Shown here piece by piece: positions 39,413-49,900 of a DNA stretch of 64,000 nt. The notes under the pieces were generated by a model that was given only the letters and a program-made list of their open reading frames with translations, was not told the origin of the DNA and did no database searches. Origin of the DNA: Kiritimatiellia bacterium (GTDB lineage Bacteria; Verrucomicrobiota; Kiritimatiellia; JAAZAB01); NCBI GenBank assembly GCA_040767085.1, contig JAXGPF010000010.1, forward strand, positions 32,001 through 96,000. Reading direction: 5' to 3'. Numbering within the stretch: position 1 is the first letter of the stretch; every line of letters starts with the position of its first letter. Both the position numbers and the translations under genes were made by a program.

Positions 39413-41032
39413 ATGTTTTGTTATCAATGCGAACAAACGGTGCAGGGCGCGGGCTGCACGCGCGCGGGTGTCTGCGGCAAGGACAACCTTACCGCCAATA
39501 TGCAGGATTTGCTGATCAGCCGTCTGAAATTAATCGGCGACTATGCCTGGCGGGCGCGTCGGGAAGGCCGCAAGGATGACCGGTTGGACCGCTTTGTCAT
39601 CGAGGGCCTTTTTTCCACCGTAACGAATGTGAATTTCGATCCGCAGCGTCTGGAGACGATTCTGGCGGAATCGGAGAACATGCTGGCGGCGGCGCGGGAA
39701 CTGGCCGGCGCGGCGGGAGCGGACCGGCCCGCGCCCGCGCCATTGCCCCGCGGCCTGGAAGCGCTGGCGGCCGCGGGCGAAGCTGACGGCATCATGCGGC
39801 GGCGCCAGGCGGCGGGCGATGACGTTGCCGGTCTGCAGGAATTGTTGACGTACGGGTTGAAAGGCACCGCGGCTTACGCCGATCACGCGGCCATCCTGGG
39901 GCGCACGGACGAGGCGCTCAATGCGTTTTTCCACGAGGCGCTCAGCTTCCTGGCCGGCGAACCGGCCGGCGCGGAAGAATTGCTCGGCATGTGCCTGCGC
40001 TGCGGGGAAATGAACTTGAAGGCCATGGCGTTGCTGGACGCGGCCAACACGGGCGCTTTTGGCGACCCGGTGCCGACGCCCGTGCGGGTGGACCCGGTGC
40101 GCGGCAAGGCGATCCTGATTTCCGGACATGATCTCCTGGACCTGGAGGCCTTGCTCAAGCAGACGGAAGGCAAGGGGATCAATGTTTACACGCATGGCGA
40201 GATGCTGCCGGCGCACGGCTACCCGAAATTGAAACGTTACGGGCATCTGGCGGGCAATTACGGCGGCGCCTGGCAGGATCAGCGCAAGGAGTTTGCGGAA
40301 TTTCCCGGCGCGATTCTGATGACCACTAATTGCATTCAACGCCCGCAGGAATCGTATCAAAGTCGGATCTTCACCTGCGGTTTGGTGGCCTGGCCGGGTG
40401 TGCGGCATATTGCCAACCGCGATTTCACCCCGGTCATCGAGGCTGCCCTGGCGGCGCCCGGTTTCAAGGAAGATGGCCCCGGAAAAACCATTCTGGTGGG
40501 CTTTGGACACGCGGCGGTGATGCAGGCGGCGGGACAGGTGGTGGCCGCGGTAAAATCCGGCGCCATCCGCCACTTCTTCCTGATCGGCGGCTGCGACGGC
40601 GCCAAGAGCGGGCGCAATTATTACACCGACCTGGCGCAGCAGATTCCCAAGGATTGCGTCATCCTGACGCTGGCCTGCGGGAAATTCCGGTTCAACAAGC
40701 TGGATTTCGGAGATATCGGCGGCATCCCCCGCCTGTTGGACTGCGGGCAATGCAACGACGCCTATTCCGCTATCCAGATTGCGGTGGCGCTGGCGCATGC
40801 CTTCAAGTGCGGCGTGAACGACCTGCCGCTTTCGCTGGTTCTGTCCTGGTACGAGCAGAAGGCGGTGTGCATCCTGCTGACCCTGCTGCACCTGGGCATC
40901 CGCAATATCCGGCTGGGCCCCAGTCTGCCGGCATTCGTTACGCCGCCGGTGTTGAAAATCCTGGCCGATAAATTCAATATCATGCCCATCACCACGCCGG
41001 AACAGGATTTGAAGGCGATTCTGGGTAAATAA
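39413..41032 (+). CDS. hcp: Hybrid cluster protein (hydroxylamine/NO reductase)
   Basis: MFCYQCEQT...GVCGK, YTHGEMLPAH, GGCDG, GQCND, SWYEQKA. Confidence 0.96.
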   Translation: MFCYQCEQTVQGAGCTRAGVCGKDNLTANMQDLLISRLKLIGDYAWRARREGRKDDRLDRFVIEGLFSTVTNVNFDPQRLETILAESENMLAAARELAGAAGADRPAPAPLPRGLEALAAAGEADGIMRRRQAAGDDVAGLQELLTYGLKGTAAYADHAAILGRTDEALNAFFHEALSFLAGEPAGAEELLGMCLRCGEMNLKAMALLDAANTGAFGDPVPTPVRVDPVRGKAILISGHDLLDLEALLKQTEGKGINVYTHGEMLPAHGYPKLKRYGHLAGNYGGAWQDQRKEFAEFPGAILMTTNCIQRPQESYQSRIFTCGLVAWPGVRHIANRDFTPVIEAALAAPGFKEDGPGKTILVGFGHAAVMQAAGQVVAAVKSGAIRHFFLIGGCDGAKSGRNYYTDLAQQIPKDCVILTLACGKFRFNKLDFGDIGGIPRLLDCGQCNDAYSAIQIAVALAHAFKCGVNDLPLSLVLSWYEQKAVCILLTLLHLGIRNIRLGPSLPAFVTPPVLKILADKFNIMPITTPEQDLKAILGK

Positions 41033-41114
41033 GCATGCGGCGCCGGTGCGGCGGCCGGGCAGGGTTGATCCAGTCCCGGCCGCCGCCGGGAATCCTGACT
41101 GAGGAGAAGCAAAG

Positions 41115-41816
41115 ATGCAGCGTCCAATCATTGTCATAGACCGGGAAAAATGCAACGGCTGCGGCAAATGCGTCACGGCCTGCGTGGAAGGCGCATTGCA
41201 GTTGGTGGACGGTAAAGCCGTTCTGGTGAAGGAGGATTATTGCGATGGTTTGAGCGCCTGCATCGGCGACTGTCCCACCGGCGCCTTGCGCATCGAGCAG
41301 CGCGAGGCGCCGCCGTTCACCGCCCCGCATCCGCCGCCAACGCCGGCCCCTGCGGTCTGCCCGGGCATGCAGGTGCGGATGGGCGGCGGCCGGCCGGCAA
41401 TGGCCCCTGCGCCGCTGGAAGGACCGGCCGGCCAGGCCATCTCTTCCGAATTGCGGCAATGGCCGGTGCAGTTGCACCTCGTTCCGCCCGGCGCTCCTTT
41501 CCTGCGCGGCCGGGAATTACTGTTATTGAACGCCTGCGGCGCGGTTGCCTCCGCCGATGTCCATTGGCGGTTCATCCGCGGCCGGGCTGTGCTGGTAGCC
41601 TGTCCCAAACTGAGCCGCCAGGACGATATACGCGATAAACTGGCTGCCATTTTCGCCGCCGCCCAGCCGCCGGCAGTGGTGGTGGCCAGGATGGAAGTGC
41701 CCTGCTGCCGGGCCTTGACGGCCGCGGCGTGCGCGGCCGCGCTCCAGGCCGGCCTGCCGGAATTGCCAATCCGGGAAATGCAGATCAATCTGAACGGCGA
41801 TGTTGTGCCGGGCTGA
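41115..41816 (+). CDS. 4Fe-4S ferredoxin-domain protein
   Basis: CNGCGKCVTAC and CDGLSACIGDCP; ELRQWPVQLHL, ACPK, MEVPCC. Confidence 0.88.
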   Translation: MQRPIIVIDREKCNGCGKCVTACVEGALQLVDGKAVLVKEDYCDGLSACIGDCPTGALRIEQREAPPFTAPHPPPTPAPAVCPGMQVRMGGGRPAMAPAPLEGPAGQAISSELRQWPVQLHLVPPGAPFLRGRELLLLNACGAVASADVHWRFIRGRAVLVACPKLSRQDDIRDKLAAIFAAAQPPAVVVARMEVPCCRALTAAACAAALQAGLPELPIREMQINLNGDVVPG

Positions 41817-43071
41817 CTTCCGTCCGGCGGTATGCCAGCACGGCCATGGCCAGCGCCGCGGTGCAACTGGCGACGGCCAGCGCAAGCACGATGTGCGTCG
41901 GGGCGCGGTGAAACAAGGCCGCGGCGCCGATGTATGCCGCAGCGATCAGCGCCAGCCATCTGGCGGCGCGGAAGCACTTGCGCGCCAGTTCAAAATTCAG
42001 CAGCAGGTAAGCCGGACCCAGCGGCGCGAGCGCCCATGCCAGGCGTCGCAGCATCAGCAATTCCTCCGGTGTGCCGCCGACGCCGGTAAACAGGCGCCAG
42101 AGCAGGCCGGCCGCGATGCTGCAGACGGCGACAGATGCTATGACCAGGACAAGCGTGTAAAGAAAAGCCGTCTGCATGGTCCGGCGGTTGCCCATTGCGG
42201 TTTCCGGCCCCGCATCCACAACCTTGGGAAACATCGCCAGGGCGATGGGCATGGGCAGAAACACCACGGCGCGGGCGATGTTGGCGGCCCGCGCAAACAT
42301 GCCCGCTGTTTCCGGGGGGAAAAATATTTTGGCCAGGACGACATCGCTATTCATCAAAACCGCGAAGCCGAGTAATACGCAAAAGGCTCCGCCCAGGTAA
42401 CCGCGGGCGCCCGCGGCGGCGGCCGGGGCGCCCGGCGCCGCCGGCCGCGGCAGGATGCGCCATAATCCGATCGCGGCGACCGCGGCGGACAACAACGTGC
42501 CGGCCGCCTGCGCCGCCAGTCCCATCAACGCCGTGGCGGCCACCCAGGCGGTCAGGGCGGCGCCAATGGCCAGACGGGCGATCCCCCAGGTCGGCGCGAC
42601 GGCCGCGTACCAGCCGAATGCTTCCAAGCCCTGCAAGCCGCCCGCCAACGCCGGCACAAAAATCGCCAGCGCTATTACTGTGGCCCCGCCCAACGCCACG
42701 CCGGCGGAGGGCAGTTTCAAGTAACCCGCAACCCAGGGCGCGGCGGCGCAGCCCAGCGCCAGGATGCCCAGGGCCGGCCACCCCAGTTTGCGCAGCCAGG
42801 CGCGCAGCATGCCCGCCACGGCATGGGTCTGCCCGTTCAGCCGCAGGCGCGCGCTGAAATGCGCGGCCGCGGTGCGCAAGGCGTCCAGGGGTGTGGCCGT
42901 GATGTTGATCAACCCCAGCATGGCCGCCAAAGCGCCGTATTCCGTGTTCGACAGCCGGTGATTCATCAGAATCTGGAACAGCATGTTCGCAAGATTGCCG
43001 GCTTGCGTCGCCGCCAGCATCAGGATGCTGTGCTGCAGCAGGCGGTTGGAATTTTGATTGGTGTTGGACAT
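41785..43071 (-). CDS. Oligosaccharide flippase (Wzx/MOP family)
   Basis: About 12 TM helices; EYGALAAM, LQGLEAFG, SDVVLAK...AG, FPKV patterns. Confidence 0.75.
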   Translation of the reverse strand: MSNTNQNSNRLLQHSILMLAATQAGNLANMLFQILMNHRLSNTEYGALAAMLGLINITATPLDALRTAAAHFSARLRLNGQTHAVAGMLRAWLRKLGWPALGILALGCAAAPWVAGYLKLPSAGVALGGATVIALAIFVPALAGGLQGLEAFGWYAAVAPTWGIARLAIGAALTAWVAATALMGLAAQAAGTLLSAAVAAIGLWRILPRPAAPGAPAAAAGARGYLGGAFCVLLGFAVLMNSDVVLAKIFFPPETAGMFARAANIARAVVFLPMPIALAMFPKVVDAGPETAMGNRRTMQTAFLYTLVLVIASVAVCSIAAGLLWRLFTGVGGTPEELLMLRRLAWALAPLGPAYLLLNFELARKCFRAARWLALIAAAYIGAAALFHRAPTHIVLALAVASCTAALAMAVLAYRRTEVSPAQHRRSD

Positions 43072-43099
43072 GCTCAATCCGCGAAAATGCATAGCAGGA

Positions 43100-44428
43100 T
43101 CAGCCGGAATTGGCGCGAATGGCGTCGCCCAGCATCCGTGCCAGCTTGCGCAGCAAGGTTGGCGGTGTCAGCAGCGGCGGCATCAGGTAAAGCACATTGC
43201 CCAACGGGCGGATTAAGACGCCCTGGCGCTGCAGCCGGCGGCGGATGTCCTGCGCCCGCCGCCGGCCGGCCCCGCGGCAGTCTTCCAGTTCGCAGGCGGC
43301 AAGCATGCCCAGGCAGCGGATGTTTTTGACGCCGGGCAAATTCTGCAGTTCCCGGAAAGCCGCCGCCAGCGCCGCGCCGTTGGCCTGCGCCCGGCGTACG
43401 ACGTCGTGCCGGCGGTAAAAATCCAGGACGGCGATGGCGGCCGCGCAGGCCAGGGGGTTGCCGGCGAAGGTATGGCCGTGGTAAAAAGTGCGGTCAACCG
43501 GGCGATCGCTGAAAGTCTGGAAAATCTTCTGGCGGACCATGGTGGCGCTGATGGGCAGGTAGCCGGCGGCCAGTCCTTTCCCGACGCACACGATGTCAGG
43601 TTTAATGCCGGCGTGTTCAAAGGCCCACAGGCGGCCGGTGCGCCCCATACCCATGGCGATTTCATCCACTATCAGCAAAATGCCGGTTTGCCGGCACAAG
43701 CGCGCCAGCCGGCGCAGGTAGTCGGGGTGATAGATGCGCATCCCGGCCGCGCCCTGGCATAATGGCTCGACAATCACCGCCGCAATCTCGCCGGCATGCG
43801 CGGCGATCATTTTTTGCATCGGCGCGAAACATTCCCGTCCGCAGGAGGAGGGTGTCCGCCCCCAGGCGCAATCGGCGCAGCAGGGCGAAGGCGCCTGCCA
43901 GGGCTTGGATAACAGGCGCCGGAAAGGCCGGTGAAACTGCGGCTGATAGCCGACCGCCATCGCGCCCAACGTGTCGCCGTGATAGGCTTGTTCCAGGCTG
44001 ACGAATTTACGGCGGCGCGGCTGGCCCAGGTTGTGCCAGTATTGCACGGCGATTTTCAAGCCGGCTTCGACGGCGCAAGCGCCGTCGGATGCGAAAAAGG
44101 CGCGCCAAGGCGCGCCCGGCAAAACACTGGCCAGCGCCGCGGCCAGTTTAATCACGGCGGGATGGGACAGATTGCCCAGCATGCTGTGTTGCAGCTTTTG
44201 CGCCTGGCGTTGGATCGCCCTTGTAATCTCCGGCCGGCTATGGCCGAGGTTGCAGCACCACCAGGAGGATATGCCGTCCAGGTAACGCCGTTCGGCGTCA
44301 TCGAACAGGTATGGGCCGCGGCCCCGGACGATAATCGGAAAAGCTTCCGTATTGATTTCGGACAAGCGCGAATAAGGATGCCAGATGCAGCGCCGGTCCG
44401 CGGCGCGCCAATCATGATTAGGAGGCAT
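43100..44428 (-). CDS. bioA: Adenosylmethionine-8-amino-7-oxononanoate aminotransferase
   Basis: IWHPY, DGISSWW, YHGDTLG, QGAAGM, DEIAMG, GKGL, HGHTF. Confidence 0.93.
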   Translation of the reverse strand: MPPNHDWRAADRRCIWHPYSRLSEINTEAFPIIVRGRGPYLFDDAERRYLDGISSWWCCNLGHSRPEITRAIQRQAQKLQHSMLGNLSHPAVIKLAAALASVLPGAPWRAFFASDGACAVEAGLKIAVQYWHNLGQPRRRKFVSLEQAYHGDTLGAMAVGYQPQFHRPFRRLLSKPWQAPSPCCADCAWGRTPSSCGRECFAPMQKMIAAHAGEIAAVIVEPLCQGAAGMRIYHPDYLRRLARLCRQTGILLIVDEIAMGMGRTGRLWAFEHAGIKPDIVCVGKGLAAGYLPISATMVRQKIFQTFSDRPVDRTFYHGHTFAGNPLACAAAIAVLDFYRRHDVVRRAQANGAALAAAFRELQNLPGVKNIRCLGMLAACELEDCRGAGRRRAQDIRRRLQRQGVLIRPLGNVLYLMPPLLTPPTLLRKLARMLGDAIRANSG

Positions 44429-44510
44429 GGAAAATGTTCGGGAGTCGGATGTTTAATGTTCAGTGTTCGTGGGCAGGGGATGCAATCCATCAGACGATAC
44501 CCGATGTCTC

Positions 44511-45224
44511 TCAGGGGGTCAAGCGCAGAGCGGAGCGGACGCGCCCCAGAAAAGCGGCCGGCCGCAGCGTGGGGAGGTCGGGCCAGTAAGGGATATGGCC
44601 CAGGCTCAGGACGCGTCCCATACTGGGAATGCAGCGCCGGTTGTCGGCTTCAATGTAATTAGGCCGGCCCGGCCGGGTGGCGTTGAACAACACGCCGGCG
44701 ACCCGGATGCCGGCCTGGCGCAGAACGCGCAGCGACAGGAGGGCGTGGTTGATGGCGCCCAGTTGCGTCCGGCTGACCAGGATGACGGGCAACTCCAGTT
44801 CCCGCATCAGGTCCAGCATGGTCTGCCGTTGGTTTAAGGGCGCCAGGACGCCGCCGGCCCCTTCCACCACCAGCAAGTCCGCCATGGTTTGCAGTTGGCG
44901 CAGGTCGCGCGCGATTTTCGCCACACTGATCCGGATGCCGGCGCGGGCGGCGGCCAGGTGCGGCGAACATGCCGGCGCAAACCGGTAAGATGTCAAGAGC
45001 GGCAAGGCCGCGGGCGGTATGGCGATGCCGGCCAGCCGCCGGCAAACAGCCAGGTCCGGCGCCAACCGTGGGTAACGCGCGGGACAGCCGGTCTGCACCG
45101 GCTTGGCCGGCAAAACCCGGTATCCGGCATCCTGGCAGATGGCGGCGACCGCGGCGCAGGCGATGGTCTTGCCGGCGTCGGTGTCCGTGCCGGTGATAAA
45201 ATATCCGCGCAATTTATTTTTCAT
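44511..45224 (-). CDS. bioD: Dethiobiotin synthetase
   Basis: FITGTDTDAGKT, KPVQTG, SPHLAA, VEGAGG, LGAINHA. Confidence 0.94.
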   Translation of the reverse strand: MKNKLRGYFITGTDTDAGKTIACAAVAAICQDAGYRVLPAKPVQTGCPARYPRLAPDLAVCRRLAGIAIPPAALPLLTSYRFAPACSPHLAAARAGIRISVAKIARDLRQLQTMADLLVVEGAGGVLAPLNQRQTMLDLMRELELPVILVSRTQLGAINHALLSLRVLRQAGIRVAGVLFNATRPGRPNYIEADNRRCIPSMGRVLSLGHIPYWPDLPTLRPAAFLGRVRSALRLTP

Positions 45225-46030
45225 TTTTTTACCGCCAGGATATAGGCCACCCTGTACGTGGCCGCTACACCGGCGCCGCCGGCAAACATTGCGTCATAGG
45301 CCGCCGCCAGGCGTTGCAGTTCGCCGCGCACCAGCGGGCGGGGGGCGCCGGCAAGGGGGCCGGCGGTAACGCCCTGGTCATGCAGGCGGCGCAGCAACTC
45401 GGCCGCGGAAGCGTGCCGGGTTTGCAGTTCCGCCACATCCATGCGCAATATCCGCAGGCCGTTGGCGGTTAAAGCCTGGCGCAGTTCGGCGCTTTGCGGC
45501 AGGCAGACCGCCGGCGGCTTATCCGGCGCGATGCGCCGCCGCAATTCGTGCAATTCCCGGAGTGTCCCGTCCAGCATGACGGCGCAAACCAGATGCGCGC
45601 CGTCCTCCATTTGCCGGCGCACGGCCGCGAATCCGCTGACGATCGGCTGCAGCCAGTGCAGCGAAGCGCTGCTGGCCAGCAGTTGATACCCGGGGCCGGC
45701 CGGCATGTTCCTCAGATCGCCGGAAAGCCATTGGATCCCGGCATCGGGCAGATGGCGGCGGGCCTGTTCCAGCATGGCCGGCGCCAGGTCCAGCGCATCC
45801 AGGCGGCTGTCCGGAAAACGACGGCGCAGCCGGGCGGTCAGGAAACCGGTGCCGCAGCCTACTTCCAGAATGCGTGCGGGATGCAAGCCGGCGGGCAGAT
45901 ATTCCATCAGCCGGGCGGCTGCCAGCGCCTGAATATCGGCGGCGCGGGAGTAGGTTGGCGCGGCGGCGGAAAAACGCATGGCGACTGATTTCATTGTTTG
46001 GCTGACCATAACCCAAGCCTCGCCGGGCAT
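45221..46030 (-). CDS. bioC: Malonyl-ACP O-methyltransferase
   Basis: FSAAAPTY, LEVGCGTG, LHW, GTLREL; bio operon context. Confidence 0.85.
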   Translation of the reverse strand: MPGEAWVMVSQTMKSVAMRFSAAAPTYSRAADIQALAAARLMEYLPAGLHPARILEVGCGTGFLTARLRRRFPDSRLDALDLAPAMLEQARRHLPDAGIQWLSGDLRNMPAGPGYQLLASSASLHWLQPIVSGFAAVRRQMEDGAHLVCAVMLDGTLRELHELRRRIAPDKPPAVCLPQSAELRQALTANGLRILRMDVAELQTRHASAAELLRRLHDQGVTAGPLAGAPRPLVRGELQRLAAAYDAMFAGGAGVAATYRVAYILAVKK

Positions 46031-46050
46031 GGTAAAACTGAAAATTCAGG

Positions 46051-46776
46051 TTATAACGTCCGGATCGCGGCGGCGATGGCCTTCGGCGCATGGCGGGGCA
46101 GGGCATGGCCCGCGTCCAGCAACGTCAATTCCGCGGCCGGCAACCGGCGCGCCAGGTACTCGGATGCCTGCCAGGGAATCACCTGGTCGCAACGGCCGTG
46201 AAGCAACCGGACCGGCATGGTAACATCTGGCAGGACCGGCCGCAAGTCGGTCCGCTCCAAAAAATCCAGGCCGGCGAGCAAACCTGTCCGGCCGCTTGCC
46301 AGCGCAGCGTCAATCAGGCGATCCCGCTCTCCCATGGGCAGGCCGGCCGGCGCGTAGGCCATGTCGAAGAAATCAGACAGGGCCGCGCGCGCATCGCGCA
46401 ACAGGCGCCGGCGCAGCGCGCGCAAACTGCCGGTTGTCTGCCCGCAGGGATAATCCGGCGCCCGGCAAAATTGCGCAGAGCCGGCGATCAATACCAGCCC
46501 GCGTATCAGTTCCGGCCGGGCCGCGGCGGCGGCGAGGGCGGCGAGCGCGCCGGCCGACCAGCCGGCCACGATGGGCGGGGCCGGGCATGCTGCCAGGCGC
46601 CTGGTTAAAGCGTTTACAAAATCAACCGGCGCGGCGCCGGCTGGCGCCAAGTCCGGCAGGTTAAGCAATAACGGCGCGCAGCCGGCCCCCCATTCCGCCA
46701 GGAGGGGTTGCCAGACGGTTGACCCATGGGCCCAGCCGCCTACCAGCGCTAACGGCCTGGCGTGGTTCCAATCCAT
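46051..46776 (-). CDS. bioH: Pimeloyl-ACP methyl ester esterase (alpha/beta hydrolase)
   Basis: GW, GWSAG nucleophile, DLR, HG..D.VIP, AGHA; bio operon context. Confidence 0.78.
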   Translation of the reverse strand: MDWNHARPLALVGGWAHGSTVWQPLLAEWGAGCAPLLLNLPDLAPAGAAPVDFVNALTRRLAACPAPPIVAGWSAGALAALAAAAARPELIRGLVLIAGSAQFCRAPDYPCGQTTGSLRALRRRLLRDARAALSDFFDMAYAPAGLPMGERDRLIDAALASGRTGLLAGLDFLERTDLRPVLPDVTMPVRLLHGRCDQVIPWQASEYLARRLPAAELTLLDAGHALPRHAPKAIAAAIRTL

Positions 46777-46958
46777 GGCTGCTCTCCCGGTTTCATGCCT
46801 GAAAAATTTGCGCGTTTCAAGCGCCAGCCAAGGCTGCGCGCGCCATGGAGAATACCGGTTGGGGGATGCCCTGCCAATCTTAATTTCATGCTTGCATGCG
46901 CGTCCAAGGTCGGATTATATTATTAAAGTAAGATTGCCGGTGTGCCCCATAAAAAAGG

Positions 46959-49900
46959 ATGCATATGCGTGACTCACATGGTTGGTGGTGTTTGGCTTGC
47001 CTGGCGGTCATTTTCGCTGCGGTCCGCCTTGCGTCAGCCGTTCCAGCCGGCGCCGCGGCGCCGGCCCTGGCGCGGGCGCGTTTGCCGTTCATGGAAAATA
47101 CCGGCTGGGCGGACCAGCGCGTCGCTTATGCCGTGCGCACGATGGCCGGCATGGTTTATGTCACGCATGACGGCGAATTGCTGTATGCCATGCCGCGCGC
47201 ATCCTCCGCCGCGGCAGGTGCGGCCGGTCCGGAGTTGATCGTTGAAAAACTTCTGGACGCCAGCCCGGCCCGCCTCTGCGGACGGCAACCGGCCGCGACC
47301 CGGCTGAGCGTCTTCCATGGCGCAGATCCCCAACGCTGGCAGGCCGGCATTCCGGCGTTTCATGCCGTGGAATGGCGTGAAGCCAGGCCGGGGCTGCATG
47401 TGACCTGGCGGGCTTGCGGCAATAATGTTGAAAAAATCTTCACCTTCATGCCCGGCGCCGATCCGCGGGATTTGCAGATCGAACTGGCCGGCGCCGGCGC
47501 CCTGCGGGTTGATGCCGACGGCCGCTTGATCGCGCAAACCGCGCAAGGGGAATTGATTTTCACCGCTCCGGCCGCCTACCAGGCGGGGAGCATGGGGTAT
47601 GAGCCGGTGGCGGTGCGTTATGCCGTGTGCGGCGCGCGGTACGGCTTTGCGCTCGGCGCCTATGATCCGGCGCGGCCGCTGGTGATCGATCCGCTGCTCG
47701 GCGGCACGTATCTTGGAGGTGAGGATTGGGACCGGGCCTACGCCATGGCCTTGGACAGCCAGGGCCGTGTTTATATCGCCGGCTCGACCAGTTCCCTGGA
47801 TTTTCCATTCACGCCGGGCGCCTTTCAAACCAACCAGCATGGCGTGTTTATATCGCTCTTCGATAATAACCTGACCAACCTGATCGCCTCGACTTTCCTC
47901 GGGGGCTCCGGCGGCGAATCGGCTTGTGCTGTCGCATTGGATGCCGCCGGGCGGGTATATGTGGCCGGCACTACCGGTTCCACTAATTTCCCGACCACGG
48001 CCGGCGCCTATCAGGCTGAAATCTCGCCTTATGACCCGGATACCCCCAATTATGATATTTTCATCGCGGCCCTGAGCGCAGACCTGAGCCAATTGCAGGC
48101 ATGCACGCTGCTGGGCGGCGATGGCCAGGACTGGGGGCAGACCCTGGCGTTGGACGCCTGGACCAATGTCTATGTCGCCGGCGTTACGCCTTCCAGTAAT
48201 TTCCCCACGACGGACGGGGCCTTCCAACGCGCCTTGCAGGGGTATGCCGACGGATTCATCGCTAAATTCGACAGCGGCTTGACGCATCTGACGGCGGCAA
48301 CGTTGCTGGGCGGCGGCGCTTACGAAAATGTGGCCTCCATCAAGCTGCATCCGGACGGGCCGGTGTATGCCGCGGGCGTTACCATGTCCACCAATTTTCC
48401 CGCCATTAACTCCCCATACGCCGCGGCCCTGGCCGGCGGCGAGGATTGCTTCGTGGCCCGGTTGGATGCATCGCTGCAGACGCTGCAAAACGCCACCTAT
48501 CTCGGCGGCAGCACCAATGAATGGCCGAATGTAATGCTTATCGGGTCGGCCGATTGCATCTATCTTGCCGGTTATACTTATTCCGCCGATTTCCCCGCCA
48601 CCGTGGACGCATGGCAACCCGATTTTCCGGGCGGAGAGCCTGGCAGTTACCATGGCTTCCTGACCCGGATGAATGCCGGCCTGTCGGTGGTGCATAATTC
48701 CACTTTCCTGGGCGGCAGCGCGGGCTACAGCCAGATTCAAACCATCTTGCAGGATGGCTCCGGGGATATATGGGCGGCAGGTTATACTGCCGCCTCCAAT
48801 TTTCCCACCACTCCCGGCGCCTACAGCCGGACCTTGCAAATCCCGCCGGGCGCGCCTTACGCCGAGCCGGATTGCTTTATCGCGCGCCTGGGCGTTGACC
48901 TGGCCGGACTGCATCAATCCACTTTGCTGGGCGGCCGCCGCGCGGATTACGCGTATGCCATGCAACTTGACCAGGCGGGCAATGTTTTCGCGGCCGGCTA
49001 TACCGAGTCCGCCGATTTTCCCACCGCGCCCGGCAGTTATGAACGCCAGTACCACGTTCCGCTGAATTTCTGGCATGGCGATGCCTTCGTCTCCAAACTG
49101 GATAACGCCATGGGCGATTTCCCCGCGCCGCCCATCGGCGTGGCGGCGTCGGATTGCGTTTATGCCGATCGTATCCGCCTTTCCTGGACCGCCGCCGACC
49201 GGACCGGGGGCTACACGGTATGGCGCGGCCTGTCATCCGACACCGGCAGTGCCGGCCTGCTGGCCGCGCTGGACGGCGAAACGACGGCTTACATTGACCG
49301 GACGGCGGCGCCGGGCGTCTTTTATTATTACTGGATCAAGGCCACCAATGCTGCCGGCGCCAGCGTTTTCAGCCAATCCGCCGCCGGCCGCCGCAGTGGA
49401 ACGGTCCCCGTGGCGGCGGATTTTGACGGCGACGGTCTGGCGGATCCGGCGATAGTCGTTGGCGGCTTTTGGCAGGTCTGGCAATCGGGCGCCGGATACG
49501 CGCTGGTCGGCCCCGTCCTGGGCGATACCGCCAACCGCACATTTGCCGCCGGCGATTTTGACGGCGATGGCCGGGCGGATCCCTGCGCGATGGATGGCGG
49601 CGGTGTCTGGAAAGCCTGGCTGTCGCGCAGTCAATATGCGCCTTTAACCCATGCCCTGGCGGCGGCGGCCGGCGGCGCTGCCGTGGCGGCGGATTTTGAC
49701 GGCGACGGTCTGGCGGATCCGGCGGTTTACCTGGCGGACACCTGGTATTTTTGGATGTCCGCCGCCGCCTATGCCCAAATGGCGCAATTTACCGTTGGCG
49801 CATACCCGGACGCCATCGCGCTGGCGGCGGATTTTGACGGCGATGGCAAAGCCGATCCCGCCTTGTTCGATCCCGGGACTGGTTCCTGGACCATCTGGCT

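Noticed and set aside
44433-44470. Short heptamer runs (TGTTTAA TGTTCAG TGTTCGT; also AATTCAG runs at 38698-38721)
   Set aside because: Only about three degenerate units each; too short to support a feature.
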